Positions 42,303 through 50,868 of a stretch of 64,000 nt of DNA are shown piece after piece. Under the pieces are notes generated by a model that saw nothing but the letters and a program-made list of their open reading frames with translations, did not search any database and had not been told where the DNA came from. The stretch comes from Acholeplasma sp. (GTDB lineage: Bacteria; Bacillota_I; Bacilli_A; Acholeplasmatales; UBA5453), in the NCBI GenBank assembly GCA_036677365.1, contig JAVBWN010000031.1:12975-76974 (forward strand), read 5' to 3'. How positions within the stretch are numbered: the stretch's first letter is position 1; every line of letters starts with the position of its first letter. The translations under genes and the position numbers were made by a program.

Positions 42303-43195
42303 AAAGGCAAATCCTTTTTATCAAAGACGATTACACTGGTTACGAATGCTATTATTGCCACTGCAAGCATAATCGCAAATTTCCAAATGTATTCGTATGA
42401 AAGCGCACTGATGGAAGCTGTGTCAAATAGTGAAATGATGGTCATGTAGTTGAAAATCCGCATTTCTTCGACTCCAAATCCCATATTGACAAAATTGTCA
42501 CTCCCAAATAAACCCATTATCTTGGTCAAAAAGAAAAAAACGGCTAGACCACCACCAAGAGCTAGTGAGTGTCTTGACAAGTTAAAAAGTGAGGATGCAA
42601 AAAAGGCAATTCCTGCTATGGAAAGAATCGTGATAAATCCACCCAAATTCATCAATAGTACTTCGCCTACGTTTACTTCTCCGTAACCGATAAATTGTGA
42701 AACTACATCCATAGCAAACAACAACGTGTACATCGAAAAAAGCGAACCTATTAGGAAAGTAATCTGTGTAAAGATGACTTTTTTTCGTTTTATAGGTGAT
42801 GAAAGGATATATGCCATGGATCCGCGATCCACTTGAGCAGCCACGAGTTTATTGCCAGTGACCACGACATACAAAATGGGTAATAACAAACCGGCCATGG
42901 TATAAAACATATCGTGTATAGCTAAATTTAAATCCATCGTTCCTATTTGTTCTAAACGAGATGGATCAATTCCAAATGCTTGAAATAAACCGGCAACGGT
43001 TAACCCTGACCCTGACATATCCAGTGCAGCGTAATACTGTGCCAGCGTTAATTGATCAATTTCAGAACTACCGATTCCTGATTTTCCTACAATTACATTG
43101 ATAACCACAAGCATCGCACCGACACCTATCGTTGACACTAACCACAAGACCCAGTTTGCCTTGATTGACTGCTTTAATAAAGAACGACTAATCAT
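42299..43195 (-). CDS. ABC-2 type transporter permease
   Basis: Multiple TMs; VDRGSMAYILSSPIKR; C-terminal FDKKDLPL. Confidence 0.88.
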   Translation of the reverse strand: MISRSLLKQSIKANWVLWLVSTIGVGAMLVVINVIVGKSGIGSSEIDQLTLAQYYAALDMSGSGLTVAGLFQAFGIDPSRLEQIGTMDLNLAIHDMFYTMAGLLLPILYVVVTGNKLVAAQVDRGSMAYILSSPIKRKKVIFTQITFLIGSLFSMYTLLFAMDVVSQFIGYGEVNVGEVLLMNLGGFITILSIAGIAFFASSLFNLSRHSLALGGGLAVFFFLTKIMGLFGSDNFVNMGFGVEEMRIFNYMTIISLFDTASISALSYEYIWKFAIMLAVAIIAFVTSVIVFDKKDLPL

Positions 43196-44087
43196 GTTTT
43201 ATTCCTCCTAATTTCGATTCAATATGCTTCCTTAAATCATATTTGATCTCTGAGATGTACTTGACTTTATGCTGATGAACAAAATCAAATAACTCATTCA
43301 CTTCATTATCGAAAAGTTCTACGATTATTTGATTGTACTGTGGTCGCTTTGTACGGACGAAAGGACATTGAGCAGCTGCCCATTCATAACCATCTTTTGT
43401 CATAAATCCTATCTTAAATGACTTGCGTTCATGATGTTTGATTTCACTTAATGTTGCTGAATCAACAATGTGCCCTTTATCAAGTAAAATATATCGATCA
43501 CACACTTGCTCAATCTCTTCATAGATGTGAGTGGCCATCAGTATGGTCTTTCCTTTTTTCTTCTCTTCTATGACCAAATCTAGAAAAGCCCTTCTCATCA
43601 ACGGATCAAGTCCAGTCGTGGGTTCATCAAACAATAAAATCGGTGAATCATGCATCAAAGCAGCGACAATTGCTGTCTTTTGTTTCATTCCTTTACTCAT
43701 TCTTTTTAGGTTAGCCGAAGTATCCAACTTTAACTTTTGACTCACATGATTAGCCATCTCATAATTCTTTGATTGCATTAATTCTGCCTGTGCTTTGATA
43801 AACTCGCGGCCTGTCGAGTAATCGGGAAATGCAATCTCACCTGGAATATAACCAATGATTTTTTTGAGTTCTGAACTGTCTCGCCAAGCATCTAATCCAT
43901 TGATGATAATTTGTCCCCGAGTGGGTTGAATAAAGCCCATTAAAAGTCGTATGGTTGTTGTTTTCCCGCTTCCATTCGCTCCGGTAATTCCAATTACTTC
44001 ACCTTGTTTAATTTCAAAATCGAGATCAAAAACACCTTTTCCATTTCCAAAGTCTTTTGTTAAACCTGTCGATTTAATTATTGTCAT
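43188..44087 (-). CDS. ABC transporter ATP-binding protein
   Basis: GANGSGKTT, MSKGMKQK, FDEPTTGLD. Confidence 0.92.
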   Translation of the reverse strand: MTIIKSTGLTKDFGNGKGVFDLDFEIKQGEVIGITGANGSGKTTTIRLLMGFIQPTRGQIIINGLDAWRDSSELKKIIGYIPGEIAFPDYSTGREFIKAQAELMQSKNYEMANHVSQKLKLDTSANLKRMSKGMKQKTAIVAALMHDSPILLFDEPTTGLDPLMRRAFLDLVIEEKKKGKTILMATHIYEEIEQVCDRYILLDKGHIVDSATLSEIKHHERKSFKIGFMTKDGYEWAAAQCPFVRTKRPQYNQIIVELFDNEVNELFDFVHQHKVKYISEIKYDLRKHIESKLGGIKHD

Positions 44088-44998
44088 TTGATTTCTCCAA
44101 ATTCTCGTTCTGAAGTATAATACTGCATAAAATAGTCCTCCAATGTAAACTTATTCTCTTTAAAATATTTCATTTTATGGTGCTTGATAAGTTGGATAAA
44201 GTCGTTGATTTCAGAATCCTTAACGGCAATTTTGACTTGATATTTAGCATCATCAAATTGTTGAATTGAAAATGGTCCACTTTTTACAATTTGATAATCA
44301 TCTTTCGAAGTAAATTCCATTTGATAGATTTTTTGAGTACTATGTTGGATTTCTGATGTCTCAATCATTGAGACAATTTTACCTTCTTTAATGATGGCGA
44401 CACGATCACAGACTTCATCCACCTCACTGAAGATATGAGAAGAAAGAAAGATGGTTTTTCCTCTCTTCTTCTCCGCTTTGATAAAGTCGAGAAATCTCCT
44501 TTGCATTAAAATATCGAGTCCGCTTGTTGGTTCATCCAATACGAGTATCTTCGGATCATGCATGAAGGCAATCACAATGGCAAGTTTTCGCTTTGTGCCC
44601 AACGCCATTTGTTTAATCATGGGGGAAGGATCTAGTTGAAAAATTGATAGCAATTCATCCAACCTAGAAACTGCTCCATCACGGTGTAGGCCTTGAATCA
44701 TTTGGATAAGTTCTCGCCCCGTCAAAGCTTCTGGAAACGCAATTTCACCGGGAATGTAACCGACGTCATTCATGATTTCTTGATAATGAATCCAAGTGTC
44801 TAAACCTTTTACTTTAATCTCACCTTGACCTGGTTTAGAGAACCCTAATAAGTGTCTGATGGTCGTAGTTTTTCCAGCACCATTCGGTCCTAAAAAGCCA
44901 AACGATTCACCTTCAAACACATCAAATGTGATGTCAAAAACACCACGGCTATAACCGTAATTCTTGGTGAAGTGACTTACTTCAATGATTTTTTTCAT
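44084..44998 (-). CDS. ABC transporter ATP-binding protein
   Basis: GPNGAGKTT, LDEPTSGLD; degenerate signature MALGTKRK. Confidence 0.92.
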   Translation of the reverse strand: MKKIIEVSHFTKNYGYSRGVFDITFDVFEGESFGFLGPNGAGKTTTIRHLLGFSKPGQGEIKVKGLDTWIHYQEIMNDVGYIPGEIAFPEALTGRELIQMIQGLHRDGAVSRLDELLSIFQLDPSPMIKQMALGTKRKLAIVIAFMHDPKILVLDEPTSGLDILMQRRFLDFIKAEKKRGKTIFLSSHIFSEVDEVCDRVAIIKEGKIVSMIETSEIQHSTQKIYQMEFTSKDDYQIVKSGPFSIQQFDDAKYQVKIAVKDSEINDFIQLIKHHKMKYFKENKFTLEDYFMQYYTSEREFGEIK

Positions 44999-45005
44999 AG
45001 ATTAT

Positions 45006-45332
45006 TCAAAACTCCTTCCCAAGCAATTCAAAAGTGGTAAACATCTGTTTAAATTCTGATATGCAATTATCCAGTAGAACGCGTCCTTTTTGAGTCATTT
45101 CGTAGTATCTCCTTCTTTTGCCATGAACTACCTTATCGATGCCCAAAAGTATTCCATCATGAGTCATTTTTTTGAGGAACGGATAAATATATGATGGACC
45201 GGTTCGATAACCCAATCGATTCATTTTATCTATTATCGCAACACCAAAAGTTGGTGATTGGGCAATTAACTTTAATATAACTAATTCATGAAATCCTAAT
45301 TGTATTTTGTTTTTCAGACTTTCGATTAACAT
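45006..45332 (-). CDS. PadR family transcriptional regulator
   Basis: VILKLI...GPSYIYPFLKKM...RRRYYEMTQKG. Confidence 0.88.
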   Translation of the reverse strand: MLIESLKNKIQLGFHELVILKLIAQSPTFGVAIIDKMNRLGYRTGPSYIYPFLKKMTHDGILLGIDKVVHGKRRRYYEMTQKGRVLLDNCISEFKQMFTTFELLGKEF

Positions 45333-45425
45333 CGTTTCACCTTCTTGTCTTTTTATGATATCATTTTTTTATATTATACATTTAAAGTTCAATCTTTACA
45401 AGAAAGAAATTTAAAACTGGTTGTA

Positions 45426-45458
45426 TAAAAAAAGTCTGACACAAATTATGTCAAACCT
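45426..45458 (-). terminator. Terminator of the RNase III cassette
   Basis: GGTTTGACATAATTTGTGTCAGACTTTTTT on the minus strand. Confidence 0.65.
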
Positions 45459-45471
45459 AAGCTTCTTCTGG

Positions 45472-46272
45472 CTATATGCCAAAATAATCACATAAGACGA
45501 GATAAGCAGCGTATCTTTTAGCACCCTTCTTCGATTTGGAGAGTGCTGTTTTGGTTATTGACCAGCTTCTAACATAACAAGTGCATTCCCACCAGAGCAC
45601 ACCATCATCGAGCACTTGTTCTTCAGGTATATCGTATTCAGGTATAGAGCATCTACCGCTTTCAGCTAATTCTTTAAGCGTACTGACTGCATTATCCTGT
45701 GTTAGATTTTCCTTTAATTCGTCGATACCATCTTCTACATCTTGCAGTTGATCTTCAATTTGAAGCATGAATTCCACTGAGTTTTGAAGCTCATCCGGAT
45801 CCCAATCGCTGTCAATTGCGATCGCACCAAGAATTGCTTCAAACAAATCTGCTTTAACTTTTTCTTGATTCCAAACCTTGTTGTCAACATCACTTTGTCC
45901 CAAGTACATCATTGTCTTAAAACCTAGTTCTTCAATTCTTCTAGCAAGATTCGCATTGCTTACGATTTCTTTTTTAAGCTCAGTAAAGTCTTGTTCGTTT
46001 CGATGAGCCTTGATGCAGTATTCATCGTTGTCTTCTTCCTCATTGTAATAATCTGTTTGAGACTTGAAGAATCCGTATCTTTCCGCGATGACTTTGGTCA
46101 CATAAAAATCTAAAACTCTATCGCCTAAGAATTCCAATACCTCATTGTTTTCTCCACCAAATTCAGCTGAATATGACTTTCTGGTGAAAGCTTGAAGCAA
46201 TAAATCCGTGTTCTTAAAATAGTAACTACATTTTCTTTGTACATCATCGATGTGTTCTTTTAAATCATTCAT
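45472..46272 (-). CDS. Divergent ribonuclease III (RIIID + dsRBD), accessory copy
   Basis: NEVLEFLGD signature, ADLFEAILGAIAID, C-terminal dsRBD (STLKELA...PEY...SKKGAKRYAA); SD GGAGG at 46280-46284. Confidence 0.9.
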   Translation of the reverse strand: MNDLKEHIDDVQRKCSYYFKNTDLLLQAFTRKSYSAEFGGENNEVLEFLGDRVLDFYVTKVIAERYGFFKSQTDYYNEEEDNDEYCIKAHRNEQDFTELKKEIVSNANLARRIEELGFKTMMYLGQSDVDNKVWNQEKVKADLFEAILGAIAIDSDWDPDELQNSVEFMLQIEDQLQDVEDGIDELKENLTQDNAVSTLKELAESGRCSIPEYDIPEEQVLDDGVLWWECTCYVRSWSITKTALSKSKKGAKRYAAYLVLCDYFGI

Positions 46273-46292
46273 TTGATTTCCTCCTATGATTT

Positions 46293-46492
46293 GTCCGAGA
46301 AAATAAAAAAGACCTCCCGATGAAATAGGTGTACTCCTGCATAAATACACTTATCCCTTGAATAGGTCTTATTAAATCAAAATAGTACTTGTAAGACTTT
46401 AAGCATATTAACTCCCGCTTCCCGAAAGAATTAATATACAAATCGCGTTACTCAATTACTTTGAGGAAATAATTCCCTTACCTTATCGGACT
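46293..46492 (-). ncRNA. Putative structured leader/ncRNA upstream of RNase III
   Basis: Six nested stems found by eye, including a closing GTCCGA/TCGGAC pair and a ~25-bp hairpin followed by a U-tract; begins at the predicted TSS. Confidence 0.6.
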
Positions 46493-46498
46493 AACTTT

Positions 46499-46527
46499 AA
46501 TATACAATAAAAATGTTATTTTGTCTA
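46499..46527 (-). promoter_or_regulatory. sigmaA promoter of the RNase III cassette
   Basis: TAGACA-N17-TATATT. Confidence 0.65.
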
Positions 46528-46540
46528 TAGCCTCATATTG

Positions 46541-46563
46541 AAAAAAGCCTCTTCATTGAGGCT
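46541..46563 (-). terminator. Terminator of the recombinase operon
   Basis: AGCCTC-AATGAA-GAGGCT-TTTTT. Confidence 0.7.
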
Positions 46564-46571
46564 GATTTTCA

Positions 46572-48140
46572 TTAAATCGTAATTTCTTGTCCATTCTTAA
46601 ATTTGAAACTTACAGTGCTATTCTTGTTCACAACCGCTTCATTCAACATTGTATTCCATAGAACTGAATCGAATACTTCTATGAAATCTTGCTTGTCTTC
46701 AATCTCTTTAACAAAGGATTTCATTGCTTCAGCTTTTTGATTTTTCAACTCACGTTCAATAAGTGTTTCATCCAATTGCTCTTTGAGCGTTTGAAATTTT
46801 TCCAAGTGTGCATTATAGCGTTTCATGTATTCATCTTGGTTTTGTGTTCTTAATGAATTGTCTTTAATCATCCCTTCAATAAGAAGCTTAAGATCGGATA
46901 TCTCGTCATTCAAGCTCTCTATTTTGCTATCAATTTCGGAGGTATCTGTGAGCACTGTGATGAGCTCATTTGTATCTTCAATCAGTTCTTTCTTGTTCAC
47001 CATCACTTGATTGTATGCTTGTACGAACCTCTCATTGATTGATTCTTTGGATAGGCTTGGCGTATCACACTTGTTGATGAATTTCTTATTGCATTGCATC
47101 ATGACTTTACGATGTGGTGTGTTGGAATGCCAAACTTTAGCACCATAAAAGTGTCCACAACAACCACAGATCAACCTTGATGAATAAGGATTAATCGTTG
47201 AATATGCATATTTAAATCTATCTCTACTTGAGAGTTCTTCTTTCACAAGATTCCATTCTTCTTTGTCAATAATGCTTGGATGACTATTCTCAACATAATA
47301 TTGAGTCAGAACACCATTGTTCTTCTTGACGGTGTGGTCGAGGTAATTCTCAACATACCCCTTTTGAAGGAGTGCATCGCCTTTATATTTTTCGTTGGTC
47401 AGTATTGAGGTAATATTCAATGTAGTCCATGCCGTTTTCTTAGATGGTTTGGAATAGTTGTTTCTATTGAGAAACTCTGCAATCGCTGACCTTGACCACC
47501 CATCTCTAAGAAATAACCTGTAAATAAGTTTGACAATCTCGGCTTCATTCTTATTGATGACGATTTTACCATCTACCTTGTCATAGCCTAAGAAATTCTT
47601 ATAAGGCATCTTGACCTTGCCTTCTTTGTAACCCCAACGGATACCCATCTTCACATTCTCACTGATACTTCTACTTTCTTCTTGAGCAATCGCAGCGAGC
47701 ATCGACAGCACCATCTCACTTTTAGAGTCAAAGGTCCATAAGTTTTCTTTTTCAAAGTAGACCTCAACACCTGCAGTTTTCAACTTTCTTATGTGAGTGA
47801 TGGTATCAAGCGTATTTCTTGCGAAGCGTGAGATGGACTTGGTAATAATGAGGTTAATCTTTCCTTCAAGGGCATCTTTAATCATTAGATTGAAACTTGC
47901 TCTGCGTTTGGTACTAGTTCCTGATATGCCCTCATCCGCATAGACGTTCACATAATCCCAGTCAACTCTATCTTGAATGAAATCTTTGTAGTACTTAACC
48001 TGTGCTTCATAAGAACTATACTGCTCATCGGAGTCCGTTGAAACACGAGCATAAGCTGCAACCTTTCTTCTTTCAGACGAATGGATACTTTGCTGTGTTA
48101 GTGGATTGATGGTTGATGGTATGACTCTAACTTTTCCCAT
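46572..48140 (-). CDS. Large serine recombinase
   Basis: AAYARVSTD, YADEGISGT, TKSISRFARN, recombinase domain, CGCCG zinc ribbon, coiled coil. Confidence 0.95.
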   Translation of the reverse strand: MGKVRVIPSTINPLTQQSIHSSERRKVAAYARVSTDSDEQYSSYEAQVKYYKDFIQDRVDWDYVNVYADEGISGTSTKRRASFNLMIKDALEGKINLIITKSISRFARNTLDTITHIRKLKTAGVEVYFEKENLWTFDSKSEMVLSMLAAIAQEESRSISENVKMGIRWGYKEGKVKMPYKNFLGYDKVDGKIVINKNEAEIVKLIYRLFLRDGWSRSAIAEFLNRNNYSKPSKKTAWTTLNITSILTNEKYKGDALLQKGYVENYLDHTVKKNNGVLTQYYVENSHPSIIDKEEWNLVKEELSSRDRFKYAYSTINPYSSRLICGCCGHFYGAKVWHSNTPHRKVMMQCNKKFINKCDTPSLSKESINERFVQAYNQVMVNKKELIEDTNELITVLTDTSEIDSKIESLNDEISDLKLLIEGMIKDNSLRTQNQDEYMKRYNAHLEKFQTLKEQLDETLIERELKNQKAEAMKSFVKEIEDKQDFIEVFDSVLWNTMLNEAVVNKNSTVSFKFKNGQEITI

Positions 48141-49456
48141 GTTAATACTCTCCTATTTTCATTTGCCTTCTTTGTGTTTTGTCTTGCTTTCTCTTTTATT
48201 TCAGGTGTCCATGAGTCTTTTCTTGATATCTCTTTCCATGTGATTTCATCAACAGTACCATTCATTAAATGAAGTTCTATCTTGTTATCTTTCTGGGCGA
48301 CCATGTAATTAACCTTCTTGTTAAACTTTCTTTCATCAAATGATGTTGTACCTAAATACTGATTCAGTGTTTCATATAGACTTTTTTCTGGGATTCGTCT
48401 TGATTCACTACAGAATGCTTTACCTTGAGTGTTATACGTCGTACAAATCCAGAAATCATGCTTCGGTGTAGTCTTGTGTTGATAGCCACCCCCACAACAT
48501 CCACATTTAATCTTGTTCGTGAATGGATAGGCGTTTGTAGTTCTTTTCACATTCGTTTTGAATCGATTTGCTCTTTGATTTCGAATAGTCTGAGTTTCTT
48601 TGAATGTTTCTTTACTGATGATGGACTCATGATTGTCCTCCACATGATACTGATGAAACTCACCATTGTTCTTAACCTTTTTCTTTGTTAAGTGATTCTC
48701 AAGGTATGTTTTTTGAAGAATCAAATCGCCTGTATAACTATTGTTCTTTAGGATTTGAAGGATGGAACCATAACTCCATAATTTAGAGTGCATTGGTTTG
48801 ATACCATCTTGATTGAGTTGTTTCGTAATGGCAAGTATTCCTAAACCGCCTATATAGAGGTTGAATATTCTTTGAATCACTTCCGCTTGTTCAGGAACCA
48901 CAATGAAGTTCTTATTTACCACTTTGTATCCGTAGAAGTCTCTAGCACCCCATGAAATACCCTTTTCGAAATCCTTCTTGATTCTCCACTTCATGTTTTC
49001 ACTCACCGATCTCGCTTCTTCTTGGTAGAAACTCGCAAGCAGCGTCAGCATAAACTCACCATCCGTCGATAAAGTATGCAAATTCTGTGACTCGAAATAG
49101 ACATCAACACCTAATGCATTCATTTCCCTAATCGTTCGAATCACTGTTTCTGTATTTCTACCGAACCTGCTGATTGACTTCGTAATGATTAAATCGATTT
49201 TCCCAGCCTTTGCATCTTCCACCATGCGTTTGAATTCGGGTCGGTCTTCCTTCGTCCCACTGATGCCTTCATCTGCATACACACCTATAAACTGCCATTT
49301 AGGATTTGAGCTTATCATCTTGTTGTAATGACTAACCTGGCTAGAAAGCGACTGAAGCATGGCTTCTTTTTCTGATGAGACCCTGGCATACGCACAGACT
49401 CTTTGCAACTTAAGTATCTGTTCATCAGCATCGATTTTATTGATTCTTGTTCTCAC
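48098..49456 (-). CDS. Large serine recombinase (short, without coiled coil)
   Basis: CAYARVSSE, YADEGISGT, TKSISRFGRN, CGCCG. Confidence 0.95.
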   Translation of the reverse strand: MRTRINKIDADEQILKLQRVCAYARVSSEKEAMLQSLSSQVSHYNKMISSNPKWQFIGVYADEGISGTKEDRPEFKRMVEDAKAGKIDLIITKSISRFGRNTETVIRTIREMNALGVDVYFESQNLHTLSTDGEFMLTLLASFYQEEARSVSENMKWRIKKDFEKGISWGARDFYGYKVVNKNFIVVPEQAEVIQRIFNLYIGGLGILAITKQLNQDGIKPMHSKLWSYGSILQILKNNSYTGDLILQKTYLENHLTKKKVKNNGEFHQYHVEDNHESIISKETFKETQTIRNQRANRFKTNVKRTTNAYPFTNKIKCGCCGGGYQHKTTPKHDFWICTTYNTQGKAFCSESRRIPEKSLYETLNQYLGTTSFDERKFNKKVNYMVAQKDNKIELHLMNGTVDEITWKEISRKDSWTPEIKEKARQNTKKANENRRVLTWEKLESYHQPSIH

Positions 49457-49460
49457 TGTA

Positions 49461-49670
49461 TCACTCCTTTTTTGTATTACTATATATCACTCTTTTGGCT
49501 TCAATTATCAAGTCATTAAGCTTAAAAATGCTATTAGGTTTGATACAATGTTTTTTGGCTAAATGCATCTCCGCTTTGATGAAATCTTCTTCATCGATGA
49601 TGTTCCTAATAAACATCGTTTCCATAACTTTGATGCCATTCACATATCTATTCAAATTGTCCATGTTCAT
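49461..49670 (-). CDS. Small SHOCT-like protein of the recombinase module
   Basis: 69 aa; MFIRNIIDEEDF..AE..LAKK pattern; coupled to its neighbours. Confidence 0.65.
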   Translation of the reverse strand: MNMDNLNRYVNGIKVMETMFIRNIIDEEDFIKAEMHLAKKHCIKPNSIFKLNDLIIEAKRVIYSNTKKE

Positions 49671-49920
49671 TTGGTTTTCCCCCTTTCTTTTGAGAATTCC
49701 AATAATCGTATCTGCATGAATCATTGCAATACACTTTTCTTTTCTTACCTTCTACAAAGATTAACTTTTTACCACAAAACTTGCAGGTTGCACCTTCATC
49801 CTTTTCCCTGAGTGCATTTCGCACTGAACCGATGGATATGTTTAGCTCACTTGCAATCTTTTTGTACCCGATACCTTGTTCATTCATTTGTGTGATTTGA
49901 TTTTTGATTTCTGCTCTCAT
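49648..49920 (-). CDS. HTH + zinc-finger DNA-binding protein
   Basis: GIGYKKIASELNISIGSVR HTH; CKFCG...YCNDSCRYDYWN; SD AGGAGG. Confidence 0.8.
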   Translation of the reverse strand: MRAEIKNQITQMNEQGIGYKKIASELNISIGSVRNALREKDEGATCKFCGKKLIFVEGKKRKVYCNDSCRYDYWNSQKKGGKPNEHGQFE

Positions 49921-50030
49921 GTATATTACCTCCTAAATCTTAGTCCGCAGAAATCGTGTAAAAGTTCGGGTTATTATAGTATTTTTTATAATATTTTCTT
50001 TATTGCAACAAAGATCTCAAATTTCGCAAC

Positions 50031-50065
50031 AAAAAAGACCTCCAGGAGATGATTCCCAGAGGTCA
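50031..50065 (-). terminator. Terminator of the phage late operon
   Basis: GACCTCTGGGAATCATCTCCTGGAGGTCTTTTTT directly after the last lysis-region gene. Confidence 0.75.
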
Positions 50066-50069
50066 CTAG

Positions 50070-50555
50070 CTATTTCTTTAATTGTTCTTGAATGAGTTTT
50101 TCTGCTTCCGATAGAGTCGCTCTTCCTTGCATTTTGTTGCTGAAGGAAATGTAGTCATTGATGATTGCTTCAATCTTTGACTGGTTGGTCTCTACAAACT
50201 CAACAGCTTTTTCTGTTGAACCTGTAATATTGCTTACCCACTCACTCAGTCTCGATACGACTGCGAGCTTCTTATCGTCACCGGAAAGGAACGCTTCACC
50301 TTTATCTTTTGCGAGCCGATTCTTTTCTTCGACAATCAATATAAACTCTTTGATTGCTTTTTGAACACTAGCATCAAAGATGATATCCTTTGCTTTGATA
50401 ACTAAGTCGGTGACGTTATCAGCTGTGTTTTTTAAATCTTTCTTTACTTCTTTGATCACCTCAGAAAGTGGTTGATCTTTACCCATTTTTGATGTTACAT
50501 AGAGTGCCAATAATAATAGGGAAGTGATGAGTAAAATAATTTCAAGTGTTGTCAT
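50070..50555 (-). CDS. Holin-like membrane protein (LL-H-like)
   Basis: Single N-terminal TM; SGDDKKLAV...IEAII pattern; lysis position. Confidence 0.55.
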   Translation of the reverse strand: MTTLEIILLITSLLLLALYVTSKMGKDQPLSEVIKEVKKDLKNTADNVTDLVIKAKDIIFDASVQKAIKEFILIVEEKNRLAKDKGEAFLSGDDKKLAVVSRLSEWVSNITGSTEKAVEFVETNQSKIEAIINDYISFSNKMQGRATLSEAEKLIQEQLKK

Positions 50556-50868
50556 TCTCTTTGCCTCCTAAGCGATTATAGATATTGACTTGTGAATCTT
50601 CCAATCGAGATACTCGATGTTCTAGGACGTTGACATCCTTCTTTAGTGACTTGATATCTTGCGAGTGCATTTCAAGGAGATTAAGCATTTTTATGTTTTG
50701 CTTTTCTATTGTCTGTAAATTCGTCAAGATTTCATCGTTATTCGTTTTGTTCTTCTGTTCTTGGCGGTTGAATTGCTTGATGGTGGTCAAGATGACTACA
50801 ACCATTGTTACAATCCAATACACCAAATTTTCCATTCTAAATAGACTGAGTATGTTTTCCCAGTTCAT
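50542..50868 (-). CDS. Holin/XhlA-like TM plus coiled-coil protein
   Basis: One TM, then a heptad region ending RVSRLE; lysis position. Confidence 0.5.
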   Translation of the reverse strand: MNWENILSLFRMENLVYWIVTMVVVILTTIKQFNRQEQKNKTNNDEILTNLQTIEKQNIKMLNLLEMHSQDIKSLKKDVNVLEHRVSRLEDSQVNIYNRLGGKENDNT

